NCBI GenBank assembly: GCA_033762915.1
Contig: JANRLD010000115.1
Coordinates: 110,410-174,409, forward strand
Reading direction: 5' to 3'
Length of the DNA stretch: 64,000 nucleotides
From: Meiothermus sp.
GTDB lineage: Bacteria > Deinococcota > Deinococci > Deinococcales > Thermaceae
In this document: piece after piece, positions 48,486 through 60,276 of the stretch
Position numbering within the stretch: position 1 is the stretch's first letter
Layout of the letters: each line of letters begins with the position of its first letter
Position numbers and translations under genes: made by a program
Notes under the pieces: model-generated
The model's input: only the letters and a program-made list of their open reading frames with translations
Told to the model about the DNA's origin: nothing
Databases searched by the model: none

Positions 48486-48896
48486 ATGGACAGAAAGATT
48501 CGGGTGCTGGTAGCCAAACCAGGGCTGGACGGGCACGACCGGGGGGCCAAGGTGGTCGCCCGGGCGCTGCGGGACGCGGGCATGGAGGTGATCTACACAG
48601 GGTTGCGCCAGACCCCCGAGATGATCGTCTCGGCAGCGCTGCAAGAGGACGTGGACGCCATCGGGCTCTCGGTGCTCTCCGGGGCACACATGCACTACTT
48701 CTCCGAGGTTCGCCGCCTTCTGCTCGAGCAACAGGCCGACGACGTGCTTCTCTTCGGCGGCGGCATCATCCCCGACGAAGACTTGCCCCACCTCAAGGAA
48801 CTAGGGGTGAACGGCGTCTTCGGCCCCGGAACCAGCACCGGAGACATCGTGGGATTCCTAAACCAGGCCGTGCCGGAGCGCTGGGCAACGCAGTAG
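48486..48896 (+). CDS. Cobalamin-binding subunit of methylmalonyl-CoA mutase family
   Basis: [24 protein letters not shown]. Confidence 0.92.
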   Translation: MDRKIRVLVAKPGLDGHDRGAKVVARALRDAGMEVIYTGLRQTPEMIVSAALQEDVDAIGLSVLSGAHMHYFSEVRRLLLEQQADDVLLFGGGIIPDEDLPHLKELGVNGVFGPGTSTGDIVGFLNQAVPERWATQ

Positions 48897-48969
48897 GGGG
48901 TAGAGGCGGGCGGCAAGATCAAAGACTCGAGTTCTGCCGCCCGACGCCCGCCACCTCAGGGAGGAAATC

Positions 48970-49623
48970 ATGGCAGCCGCACCCGTCAAGACCAAGAAAA
49001 ACGGCGTCACCGCGAAGCCAAAAACCGCAAAGCCCAAGACCACCAAGCCCCGGGTGAAGCCCACCGCCTGGGTCAAGGTTCCCGACCCCAAGGGGCTGCC
49101 CGAGGAGGCACAGGTACTGTTCGGCAAGTTCGAGGAGAAGACCGGGTTCGTGCCCAACGTGGCGCGGAACTTCGCCCTCACGCCCGAGCACTTCCTGCGC
49201 TGGTTCCGCTACTACGACTTTCTGATGCGAGACGAGCGGCAGAGCCACCTAACCCGCGTAGAGCGCGAGATGATCGCGGTGGTGGTGTCCTCGGCGAACG
49301 AGTGCGAATACTGTCTGGCCTCGCACTCAGCCTACCTGCGCGACCTCACCGGCGACAAAATCCTGCCCGACGTGCTGGCCGCCAATTTCCGCCGTGCCCA
49401 CCTGGAGCCCCGTGAGCACGCCCTGCTCGAGTTCGCCTACCACCTCACCGTGGACTCCGCCACCATGAACCCCGCCGACCTGCAGATGCTCCGCGCCCTG
49501 GGCCTCTCCGACGAGGCCATCTTCGAGGCCGCCCAGGTCGCGGCCATGTTCAACTTCACCAACCGGCTGGCCAACAGCATGGGCTGGCTGCCGAATGAAG
49601 TGTATTACAGTCAGGGACGGTAA
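48970..49623 (+). CDS. AhpD/CMD family peroxidase-related protein
   Basis: GFVPN, EREMIAVVVS..NECEYCLASH, FNFTNRLA. Confidence 0.9.
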   Translation: MAAAPVKTKKNGVTAKPKTAKPKTTKPRVKPTAWVKVPDPKGLPEEAQVLFGKFEEKTGFVPNVARNFALTPEHFLRWFRYYDFLMRDERQSHLTRVEREMIAVVVSSANECEYCLASHSAYLRDLTGDKILPDVLAANFRRAHLEPREHALLEFAYHLTVDSATMNPADLQMLRALGLSDEAIFEAAQVAAMFNFTNRLANSMGWLPNEVYYSQGR

Positions 49624-49710
49624 AGACAGGGGAAAGTGAGCGGGGGAAGGAGAAACCGCGCGGTTTCCGCCGTCGACTTCTCCCCTCTCTTACTTTTTAC
49701 TCACCTTTGA

Positions 49711-50010
49711 GTTGCGCCATAGTGACAGCGGTTCCCAGGAATACCCCGTACGCAGAGACTCGGATGTGCGGGGTACATTACGCCCGCTTCAGCGCATCAC
49801 CGCGTGAGGCGTAATGGTGGGAACCGCTGTGAGAGCAGTTCCCACGAACACTCGGTACGGCGGTTTTTGCCTTGTGCAATACTCCGCACCTTGGGCGTAT
49901 TGGTGGGAAACGCGATGAGTTTGCGAAACCTTCAACACGACCTCGGCAACAAGCGGCTTACCGGCGCAGTTCCCTAACGGGCTGCCGGGCGGTATTTCGC
50001 ATCTCAACTA
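49711..50010. repeat. Family B repeat interrupted by two family A elements
   Basis: GTTGCGCCATAG-TGA-[insert]-TGA-GTTTGCGAAA...TCTCAACT. Confidence 0.75.
49726..49915. mobile_element. Two tandem MITE-like family A elements (49726-49829 and 49833-49915)
   Basis: First element has perfect 12-bp TIR CAGCGGTTCCCA/TGGGAACCGCTG; TGA at 49723, 49830 and 49916. Confidence 0.85.
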
Positions 50011-50022
50011 TTGCGACACTTA

Positions 50023-50087
50023 TCGCGGTTGCCACGCATACTCCCTACAGAAAAAACCGTTGTAGGGAGTATGCGTGGGAACTGCTC
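50023..50087. mobile_element. Minimal hairpin form of family A
   Basis: CCACGCATACTCCCTACA/TGTAGGGAGTATGCGTGG 18-bp stem inside family A termini. Confidence 0.7.
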
Positions 50088-50140
50088 TACTTCTCTTCAA
50101 GGAACAGTTTGACCTCAGCCTCAGCGAGTAGACTGTCAGC

Positions 50141-50317
50141 ATGGAAGGCTTGAAACCGTTCGGACTGTGGGCGTTGATCGCACTGCTGGTGGGCGGCCTC
50201 ATCTGGATCGCCCAGTCGCAGGGCTGGATTCCCTCCCAGGCCCCGTTCTGGGCGCTGGGCATAGTGGCGGTGCTGGGGCTGGGGTTTGTCAACCTGCTGG
50301 CCAAGGGGCCAAAGTAG
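50141..50317 (+). CDS. Small two-TM membrane protein (58 aa)
   Basis: MEGLKPFGLWALIALLVGGLIWIAQSQGWIPSQAPFWALGIVAVLGLGFVNLLAKGPK; TAGACT 6 nt upstream. Confidence 0.72.
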   Translation: MEGLKPFGLWALIALLVGGLIWIAQSQGWIPSQAPFWALGIVAVLGLGFVNLLAKGPK

Positions 50318-50384
50318 CCCTGCCTCGAGTCAGCCGTCAAAAGACCCCAGCCGAGGCTGGGGTCGCGGTTTAAAGCCTCGGGGG

Positions 50385-52420
<2,036 letters not shown>

Positions 52421-52595
52421 TAGCTACCCCTGTGACAACGCCCCAGCCCCCGAGTGCTCGCGCAACTGGGTTCATTGCATTTAGCACAATCTAAAGCATT
52501 TTGGGTTTTACCGCTACATCGGAAATCTGGATGATGCCGACGGGGGCGGTGGGCGAGTTGGGCTCAGGCATGACTCGCCTGTCTTCGCTCTGGAC

Positions 52596-54017
52596 TCACT
52601 GCCGTTTGCGCGGGTCGAAGGCGTCGCGCAGGCCGTCGCCCAGGAAATTCCAGGCCACCACCGCGACCACGATGAAGAAGCCAGGAGCCAGCACCCAGGG
52701 CCGATCCACAAAGGAAGCGAAACCGCCCTCCTGCGCCGCCTGGAGCAGCAGCCCCCAGCTCACGTAGGGCTCGCGGATGCCCAGCCCCAGGAACGAGAGG
52801 CCCGACTCGCCCAGAATGGCTCCGGGGATCGCCAGAGAGAGCGAGATGATGATGTAGGTGGAGGTGGCGGGCAGGATGTGCTGAGAGATGATACGCCAGT
52901 CCGAGGCCCCCAGCGACTGGGCCGCCACCGTGTAGTCCTGCTCACGCACCGAGAGCACCGTGCCGCGCACGATGCGGGCCAGCCCGCCCCAGCCGATGAA
53001 GCCCAACAGGAAAACAATGGTGTAGAACTTCACCAGCGGGTCGCCAAAGTTGACGGTGGTCCCCAGAAACTGGATGCGGGCGTCCTGCGGGATGATGGCA
53101 CTGAGGGTAATCAGCAGGAACAGGCCGGGGATCGCCGACTGGATCTCCACCGAGCGCATGATGATGTCGTCGAGGTCGAATCGGATGGGCTGTAGGATGT
53201 GGCCGCGCACAATGCCGTAGATGGACCAAGCCCCCAGCGCGGCGATGATGAGGTCGGTCAGGGTCAGGCCCTTAGAAACGCTCCAGAACTGCACCACCAA
53301 GACCGCGATTCCCACGATCACAGCCAGCCAGAAGACCACCGAGGCCAGGGCAAAGATCGAGGTCTTGGTGCTCCCCTGCTTGCCGGAATACTCGGCAAAT
53401 CTGGCCAAGGGGACGCTCAGCGTGGAAGGCCGCCCGCTGTAGTAGCCCGCGACCCCGCCCAGTATCAGCCCCAGAATGAAGGAGACCATCGAGGCCAGAA
53501 TCCCGATCGTCAGCGAGACCTGCGAGCCGTAGACGATGCGACTCCAGAGGTCACGCCCGAAGTTGTCCGTCCCCATCAGGAACAGCCGGCCCGGCTTCTC
53601 CACGCCCAGCAGCCGCACATCAGTGCGGATCACCCGCAGGATGGTGTAGGGCTGCTCGGGGGTGCGGACGAAGAATCGCACGAAGTACTTCTGGGTGGTG
53701 TCCTCTATGTACTTGGGCTGGAAAGTCAGCTCGTCGAGGGTGCGACGGGTGGAGTAGACGAAAGGGCGGCTTAGGGAGCCAGTCTCGGGGTCTCGCCAGT
53801 GAACCTTGGAGGGCGGGTGGTTGTTGGTGGGCGGGAAGGTCTCGTAAAAGTTGGGGTTGTAGACGCTGAAAAACCCGGCAAAGATGGCGATGGTGTAGAG
53901 CAACGCCAGAATGCGAAGGCCCCAGATGGCCAAAGGGTGCTTGAGGAACTGCTGCCAAACAATCTGCGAGCGGCTGCGCGACTTGGGCGGCTGGTTGGGG
54001 GTAGCTGTTTTCACCAT
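52596..54017 (-). CDS. Peptide ABC permease (OppC-like), module 1
   Basis: GTDNFGRD, AAQSLGAS, ESGLSFLGLG. Confidence 0.92.
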   Translation of the reverse strand: MVKTATPNQPPKSRSRSQIVWQQFLKHPLAIWGLRILALLYTIAIFAGFFSVYNPNFYETFPPTNNHPPSKVHWRDPETGSLSRPFVYSTRRTLDELTFQPKYIEDTTQKYFVRFFVRTPEQPYTILRVIRTDVRLLGVEKPGRLFLMGTDNFGRDLWSRIVYGSQVSLTIGILASMVSFILGLILGGVAGYYSGRPSTLSVPLARFAEYSGKQGSTKTSIFALASVVFWLAVIVGIAVLVVQFWSVSKGLTLTDLIIAALGAWSIYGIVRGHILQPIRFDLDDIIMRSVEIQSAIPGLFLLITLSAIIPQDARIQFLGTTVNFGDPLVKFYTIVFLLGFIGWGGLARIVRGTVLSVREQDYTVAAQSLGASDWRIISQHILPATSTYIIISLSLAIPGAILGESGLSFLGLGIREPYVSWGLLLQAAQEGGFASFVDRPWVLAPGFFIVVAVVAWNFLGDGLRDAFDPRKRQ

Positions 54018-54027
54018 GACATACCCC

Positions 54028-55044
54028 CTAGTAATAGCGGATGCGCGGATCCACCAGCGCAAGCAGCAGGTCGGAGATCAGGTTGCCGATCATCAGCAGC
54101 ACCAGGGTAATGACCAGGAAACCCGTCAGCACGTAGAGGTCTTGGGAGGCCAAAGCCTCGAGGTAGAACGGCGTCACCCCCGGCCAGTTCAGCACCACCT
54201 CGATAAAGCCCACCCCGCCCACCAGCGCGGGCAGGATGCCGCCGATGCCCGCGATGAAGGGGATTACCGCGTTGCGCAGGGCGTGCTTGTAGATGGAGAC
54301 CCGCTCTGAAAGCCCCTTGGCCCTGGCGGTGCGGATGTAGTCCTGGCCCAGCACGTCGAGCATCTGCCCGCGCATGAAGCGGGTAAATCCCCCGATGTCC
54401 TGCGAGGTGGCCACCAGCACCGGAATCAGGGCGTGCCAGGCGATGTCCAAGACCTGACGCCACCAGGGGAAGGCCTCGTGCCCACTGCTGGTCATGCCGC
54501 CTACGGGGAGGATCAAGAAGTTGGAGCCGAGGTTGAAGGCGTCGCGCATCCAGAAGTTGAGCTGGAGCACCAGGTAGATCATGATCAGCGCGAAGAAGAA
54601 GCTGGGCGTGGCCAGGAAGATGTAGCTGATGAAGCTGATGATCCGGTCCGGCCAGCTATACTGCCGCACCGCCGAGTAGATCCCGATGGGGATGGCGATG
54701 AGGTAGAGCAGGATGGTGGAGGCGATGACCAGAATGAAGGAGTTGGCCACCCGTGGTGCGGCCAGCTCCCATACGTCGCGCTGGGTGGAGAAGGAGTAGC
54801 CCAGTTGGGGGGGCCATTGCAAGAGGTTGTTCATCCACAGCAGGTACTGGATGTAGATGGGCTGATCCAGGCCGAACTGTGCCCGCAGCCGCTCGATGGT
54901 CTCGGGCCGCACGTTGGGGTCGAGCAGGCGCTGGGTGAGGTAATCGCCCGGCGCGAGCTGGATGATAAAGAAGGCCAGTAGCGTAGCACCCACGAAGGTG
55001 GGGATGAGCTGGATAAAGCGGCGCAGGATGTAGGTAAACATCAC
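54028..55044 (-). CDS. Peptide ABC permease (OppB-like), module 1
   Basis: FGLDQP, TARAKGLSE, HALRNA. Confidence 0.93.
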   Translation of the reverse strand: MMFTYILRRFIQLIPTFVGATLLAFFIIQLAPGDYLTQRLLDPNVRPETIERLRAQFGLDQPIYIQYLLWMNNLLQWPPQLGYSFSTQRDVWELAAPRVANSFILVIASTILLYLIAIPIGIYSAVRQYSWPDRIISFISYIFLATPSFFFALIMIYLVLQLNFWMRDAFNLGSNFLILPVGGMTSSGHEAFPWWRQVLDIAWHALIPVLVATSQDIGGFTRFMRGQMLDVLGQDYIRTARAKGLSERVSIYKHALRNAVIPFIAGIGGILPALVGGVGFIEVVLNWPGVTPFYLEALASQDLYVLTGFLVITLVLLMIGNLISDLLLALVDPRIRYY

Positions 55045-55184
55045 CGCACCTCGGTTTCAAAGGTTTTTCCGGGTTTCATGGCTCTTATTGTAGTTCTCCG
55101 ACCGTGAGACGGGCGCACCGGGTTTCCTTAACGCGGCCTCCCCAGAGCCGAGTCTGGGGAGGCGCGAAAGAGGCCGCAGCCGCC

Positions 55185-56951
55185 TTAGTTGCCGCGCACG
55201 AAGCTGAGGACGCTGACGCGGGAGCCGTACAGTGAGTTGATCAGGGCGTCAGGGTACTGGCCGCCGATGCGGTTGTTCCAGGACGGGTGGAAGTTCGGCC
55301 CGGCGATGTAGACCACAGGCTGGAGCTGGGCCTCGATCACCTGCATCTGGTTGGACAGGTTGCGGCGGGCCTGAAGGTCGAGCTCCTGCCGGCCGCGCTC
55401 GTACAGGGCGTCGAGTTGGGTCTCGCGGGGGTCGATGCAGGCGCCCGAGGTGTTGTACATGTGCAGGCCGCCGTCGCACTTGACCACGTTGGGGCCGAAG
55501 GGCCAGTCCAGACCGCCGCCCGAAAGGCCGATCAGGATAGCGTCCCAGGGCCGGTCGGCCTGCTTAGAAGCCTGGAGCTGGCCTACCAGCACGTTGAAGT
55601 CGATAGGCTGGAAGTTGACCTTGACGCCCACCTTGCGGGCCTCGTCAACAAAGAGGCGGGCAAGTTGCTCGCGGATGTTGTTGCCGGAGTTGGTGACCAG
55701 GTTGAACTCGAGGGCCTTGCCGTTGCGGTCCACCAGAATGCCCTCGGCATTCTTGCGGGTGAAGCCCATCTCGCCCAGCAGCTTGGTGGCCTGGGCGGGG
55801 TTGAAGTCGAACTTGGGCGCGGCGTTGTTGACCCACTGGGCCAGTGCCGGGTATATCGAACCGAAGGTGGGCGTGCCGAAACCACCGAAGACCACCTCGA
55901 CGGCGGCTTGCCGGTTGACCAGGTGGCTCATGGCCTGGCGGAACTTGGCTTGGCGGAAGAGGCTCTGCTTGAAGGGGTCAGCGGCGCGGTTCCAGTTCCA
56001 GACGATGAACTGGCTGCTGGCCGAGGGCGAGGCGTTGACCTTGATGGTCGCGGAGAGTTGGTTGCCCTGGATGGCCCGGCGGATCTGCGAGATGTGATCC
56101 ACCGTGCTGGCGGTGAAGGAGTCGATGTTGCCCGCCAGGAAGGCGGCCAGCGAGGCGTTGATGTCGCGGACGATCAGCACCTCGAAGTTGTCGATGTAGG
56201 GCAGGGCGCCGCCCGCCGCGTCCTTGTTCCACTCACCGAAGGTGGGGTTGCGGGTCATCACCAGGCGCTCGCCGGGCCGGTAGGAGGCGAACTTCCAGGG
56301 GCCGCTGGAGACGACCTGGTCGGCGGGGGTGTTGAGACCCCACATGGCCTTGATGCCGTCCGCGCCACGCGCACGGAAGACCGGGCCGAAGATGTGGTCG
56401 GGCCAGGGATCGAAGGAGGCCACGCTGAGGGCCTCGGCGTCGGTGCGGGGGTAGTTGATGCGGAGTTGGTAGTCCCCCAGCTTGGTGACGGTGATGGGCT
56501 GGTCGCCCAGGAAGAAGGAGTCGAAGGAGTTGGAGCCCACCGCCTCGGTGGTGTGGATGCGCCAAGTGGTCACCCAGTCGTCGGCAGTGATGGCCCGGCC
56601 ATCGCTCCACTTCATGCCCCGGCGGATGTTGAAGGTGATCGACAGCCGGTTGGGCGCGATGGTGAACGACTCCGCCATGTAGGGGATCCACTCGCCGTTG
56701 CGGGGGTCGCGGGTCACCAGACCGCCCGCCGAGATGCGGTCAGGGATGTTCTCGGCCTCGGCGGTCACGAAAGGGTTGAGGGTGCGGTAATCGGAGATGG
56801 TGGAGATGCGGAAGGTTCCACCGCGCCGAACCTCGCTAGGCTGGGCCACCGTCCAGGCCTGAGGGTAGACAAAGGGCTTAGCCTCTTGCGCCAGCGAGGC
56901 ACTCAGGCCCAGGGCTGCAAGAGAGGCCATAACCAACCAAGGTTTCTTCAT
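55185..56951 (-). CDS. Peptide-type ABC substrate-binding protein (family 5), module 1
   Basis: Signal peptide; KWSDGRAITADD; VVSSGPW. Confidence 0.92.
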   Translation of the reverse strand: MKKPWLVMASLAALGLSASLAQEAKPFVYPQAWTVAQPSEVRRGGTFRISTISDYRTLNPFVTAEAENIPDRISAGGLVTRDPRNGEWIPYMAESFTIAPNRLSITFNIRRGMKWSDGRAITADDWVTTWRIHTTEAVGSNSFDSFFLGDQPITVTKLGDYQLRINYPRTDAEALSVASFDPWPDHIFGPVFRARGADGIKAMWGLNTPADQVVSSGPWKFASYRPGERLVMTRNPTFGEWNKDAAGGALPYIDNFEVLIVRDINASLAAFLAGNIDSFTASTVDHISQIRRAIQGNQLSATIKVNASPSASSQFIVWNWNRAADPFKQSLFRQAKFRQAMSHLVNRQAAVEVVFGGFGTPTFGSIYPALAQWVNNAAPKFDFNPAQATKLLGEMGFTRKNAEGILVDRNGKALEFNLVTNSGNNIREQLARLFVDEARKVGVKVNFQPIDFNVLVGQLQASKQADRPWDAILIGLSGGGLDWPFGPNVVKCDGGLHMYNTSGACIDPRETQLDALYERGRQELDLQARRNLSNQMQVIEAQLQPVVYIAGPNFHPSWNNRIGGQYPDALINSLYGSRVSVLSFVRGN

Positions 56952-57023
56952 TTGATCCTCCTAACGACAAATCCTAAACCCATCCTGCTAGATCAGCAAC
57001 AAGACGGGTTGGACTTGATACAA

Positions 57024-57052
57024 AAGTTATACATCCAAAGATGGGATGTCAA
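57024..57052 (-). promoter_or_regulatory. Promoter of module 1 SBP with candidate operator
   Basis: TTGACA-17 nt-TAACTT; inverted repeat ACATCC-N7-GGATGT (57031-57049) overlapping the -35 box. Confidence 0.65.
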
Positions 57053-57097
57053 GGCAGTATCGGCTAATTTTGCCCTTAGCTTCCATCATCCGAACGG

Positions 57098-57135
57098 TGG
57101 ATGCCTCGAGCCGGCCGGCCGGCTCGAGGCATCCA
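57098..57135. repeat. Perfect 38-bp palindrome, probable terminator hairpin
   Basis: TGGATGCCTCGAGCCGGCC/GGCCGGCTCGAGGCATCCA just downstream of the permease stop. Confidence 0.8.
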
Positions 57136-57149
57136 TCAATCCGTGCGGC

Positions 57150-58535
57150 TCAGGTTTTCGAGCGGGGGTCGAGGGCGTCGCGCAGCCCGTCCCCCACGAA
57201 GTTAAAAGCCAAAATGGCGACAAATATAAACGCCCCTGGAATCAGCAGCCAGGGCCGATCCGCGAAGGCGGTGATGCCCTGGCCCTGGGCCTGGGCCAGC
57301 ATCAGCCCCCAGGAGGCAGCGGGCTCCTGGATGCCCAGCCCCAGGAACGAGAGCCCCGACTCGGCCAGGATGAAGCCCGGAATAAGCAGCGTCGCAGTCA
57401 CCACCAGCAGGGTGAAGGTGCCCGGCAGCACGTGGCGGAACATCACCCGCCACTCGCTGCCCCCGATGGCCCTGGCGGCTTGCACGTACTCCAACTCGCG
57501 CAGCTGTAAAACCTGGCTGCGCACGGTGCGGGCGAGGTTGCCCCAGTTAACCAGCGATAGGATGGCGATGACCCCGTAGAAGCGCACCACCGGGGGAACC
57601 TCGGGGGGAATCAGGACCGAGAGGGTGATGAGCAGGAAAAGGTCGGGGATCGCGGCCAGGATTTCGGTCATCCGCATAATCAGCGTGTCTAGATCGGCCC
57701 GGATGGTCCTCCAGAACAGCGCGTAAGCGATGCCCAGCAGGGCCGCCACGCCCACCACCCCGGCCAGTACGGCCTCGAGACCCCGGCTACTTTGCAAGAA
57801 GCCGCCCAGCGTGACCCACACCACCCAGCCCAGCCCCAGCCAGACCGCCCACCCCAGGGCCAGCCGCAGCAGTGCCGTCGGGGGGGACAACGAGCACCAC
57901 CAGACCCTAAGGTCGGGGTGCAGGATTCCGCGGCTCAGGGTGAGTGGGCGGCCGGCGTACATGCCGGAAATCCCGCCCATGAAGACCCCGATGCCCAGCG
58001 CAACTGCTGCCGCAAAGACCGCCACGCTCAGGCTGACCCTGGCCCCGTACCAGATGCGACCCCACACGTCGCGCCCGAAGTCGTCCGCCCCCCACAGAAA
58101 TAGGGTGGCCTCTTCTTGTTGCAGCCAGTCCCCACCCATCAGCCGCAGGTTGGCCGGCAGGAAGCCCAGCACCCTGTACGGCTCGCCCTGCACAAAAAAG
58201 AAGATGGTGTAAGTGCGCGAGCAGTCCTCGCTGACCACCAGCTTGAAGGTCTGTTGGTCGCGCTTGCGGCTGGTCGCACACACATAGGGGCGGGTCAGGC
58301 TGCCGTCGGCCTCGCGAAAGCGGATCACCGTGGGGGGCGCGAAGGTCAAGGTTCGGAAGCTCTTGGCCTCCGGGTAGGGGGCCAGAAAGTCGGCGAGGAA
58401 CGCGCAGGCGTACAGCACCAGCAGCACCCCCGCGCCAAGCTGGGCCACCCGGTGCCGCCGGAACTTCAGCCAGGCCTCCTGAAAGAAGGTCTTCTGCACG
58501 ACGGTCGTTTGCGGCAGTTCCACGCTCTTTTGCAA
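57150..58535 (-). CDS. Peptide ABC permease (OppC-like), module 2
   Basis: TTG start 7 nt after GAAAGGAGG; GADDFGRD; ESGLSFLGLG. Confidence 0.9.
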   Translation of the reverse strand: MQKSVELPQTTVVQKTFFQEAWLKFRRHRVAQLGAGVLLVLYACAFLADFLAPYPEAKSFRTLTFAPPTVIRFREADGSLTRPYVCATSRKRDQQTFKLVVSEDCSRTYTIFFFVQGEPYRVLGFLPANLRLMGGDWLQQEEATLFLWGADDFGRDVWGRIWYGARVSLSVAVFAAAVALGIGVFMGGISGMYAGRPLTLSRGILHPDLRVWWCSLSPPTALLRLALGWAVWLGLGWVVWVTLGGFLQSSRGLEAVLAGVVGVAALLGIAYALFWRTIRADLDTLIMRMTEILAAIPDLFLLITLSVLIPPEVPPVVRFYGVIAILSLVNWGNLARTVRSQVLQLRELEYVQAARAIGGSEWRVMFRHVLPGTFTLLVVTATLLIPGFILAESGLSFLGLGIQEPAASWGLMLAQAQGQGITAFADRPWLLIPGAFIFVAILAFNFVGDGLRDALDPRSKT

Positions 58536-58645
58536 GTCGGAGCCTCCTTTCAGGTCGCCCGGGCCTTCGGGCAGGGTCGTTGAGCAGTATTCCAAGTTGC
58601 CCGACTGCCGGTATCGAGCCATCAACTCAACCAACCGTGACCTTA

Positions 58646-58779
58646 GTTATTCTGAGCGGAGCCAACATCTATTCGCTGCCTCATCCCGTCCACTGCTCGT
58701 CGGCGGTGAAAGTCTTTTTTGCGGCCTTGAATGAGCTGCTGTTCGCCCGTTGGAGATGGTTCGCCCCGCTCAACATGAC
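58646..58779. repeat. REP-like inverted repeat pair (family C)
   Basis: GTTATTCTGAGCGGAGCCAACATCT ... AGATGGTTCGCCCCGCTCAACATGAC. Confidence 0.55.
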
Positions 58780-58932
58780 CGGTATCTTTGCGAGGAGTTG
58801 CCGGGCCTCGAGCCAACTCCCCGAAAACCCAGCATTCCGAGGCAACGCAGCGTAGCGCAGTCGTAGTTCGGGCCTTTGCGGCAGGGAATCCCTTGCGTCC
58901 GGGCTTGCGGTCATCTCGGCAAACCTAAAGCC

Positions 58933-59931
58933 TCAGTTGTAGCGGATCCGGGGGTCAACCCAGGCCAGCAGGAGGTCGGAGAGGAGATTGCCCAGCATCA
59001 GGAGCAGGGTGGTGATGGTAATGAAGCCCATCACCACATAGATATCTGTGGCGGCGATGGCCTCCAGCAGCAGCGGCGTAATCCCCGGCCAGGCCATCAC
59101 CGACTCGACCAGGCCCGCGCCCGCCACCAGCCCCGGCAGCAGAAAGCCCAGGCCGGCCACGATGGGTATGACCGCGTTGCGGAGGGCGTGCTTGTAGATC
59201 ACCAGGCGCTCGGCCAGGCCCTTGGCCCGGCCCGTGCGGATGAAGTCTTGCGAGAGCACGTCCAGCATCTGCCCCCGCATCACCCGTACCAGCCCCGCCA
59301 TCCCCGCCAGCGCCGTCACCAGCACCACTGGGGCGGCGTGCCAAAGGACATCCCACACCCGGGCTAGAAAGGGGGCCTCGAGGTAGGGTCTGCCGCCGAT
59401 GAACTCCGAGGTCATGCCCCCGATGGGCAGCACCTTCCAGCCCGCCACATCGTTGAGCCAGACCGCAAAAAACAGCAAGATCAGCCCGAAGAAAAAGTTG
59501 GGGATGGCCAGCCCGAAGAAGGCCCCCAGGGTCAGGAGCCGGTCGGCCGGGCTGTACTTGTGGACGGCCGAGTAGACCCCCACCGGGATCGCAACCGCAA
59601 AGGTGATGGCCAGCGCCAGCAGCACCACCACCATCGAGTTGAGGATGCGCGGCCAGATGACTGAGGAGACGTCGGTCTGATAGGACAGAGACAGCCCCAG
59701 ATACCCCTGCGCGATGCCTGAGAGCCACTTGGCGTACTGCACCGTCACCGGCTGGTCGAGCCCAAACCGCTCGCGCAGCAGTTGGATGGACTCGCGGTCT
59801 TGCGAGGGATCGATCTCGAGCCGGGTCACGAAATCCCCCGGCGCAAGCTGGATGACCACGAACGCCAGCAGTGTCGCTCCCAGAAAGGTCGGGACGAGCT
59901 GGACAAGTCGGCCTAGGAGGTAGCTCCACAT
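58933..59931 (-). CDS. Peptide ABC permease (OppB-like), module 2
   Basis: Start MWSYLLGR; FGLDQP, TGRAKGLAE, HALRNA. Confidence 0.92.
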   Translation of the reverse strand: MWSYLLGRLVQLVPTFLGATLLAFVVIQLAPGDFVTRLEIDPSQDRESIQLLRERFGLDQPVTVQYAKWLSGIAQGYLGLSLSYQTDVSSVIWPRILNSMVVVLLALAITFAVAIPVGVYSAVHKYSPADRLLTLGAFFGLAIPNFFFGLILLFFAVWLNDVAGWKVLPIGGMTSEFIGGRPYLEAPFLARVWDVLWHAAPVVLVTALAGMAGLVRVMRGQMLDVLSQDFIRTGRAKGLAERLVIYKHALRNAVIPIVAGLGFLLPGLVAGAGLVESVMAWPGITPLLLEAIAATDIYVVMGFITITTLLLMLGNLLSDLLLAWVDPRIRYN

Positions 59932-60092
59932 AGTTGAGGTGAGGGAGGGGACTGAGGAAAAGGCGATGGGCCTTGAGTCTTGGGCAAAACCCAAAACCCC
60001 ACATAGACCCAGCCCTTCATTCCGGAGAGCGGTTCTTGCAACAAGGAATCCCTTGCGTCCAGGTCGCCCATATAAAGCGCCAAAACGGCTCA

Positions 60093-60195
60093 GAGCGGTT
60101 CCCACGCATACTCCCTACGGCGCTAGAGCGGGCGGTTTTTGCTGTAGGGAGTACATTACCTGCCGCCGTGAGGGAGGTAAGGGTGGGAAACGTGA
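60093..60195. mobile_element. MITE-like family A, complete copy
   Basis: GAGCGGTTCCCAC...GTGGGAAACGTGA flanked by TCA (60090-60092) and TCA (60196-60198). Confidence 0.85.
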
Positions 60196-60276
60196 TCAGT
60201 CCGCAAAGGATTCCTCTTCTTCGCTTGGCTAGGAATGATAGCGGTGTTGGGTGAGTGGGCGGTCCTTACTTTTGCC

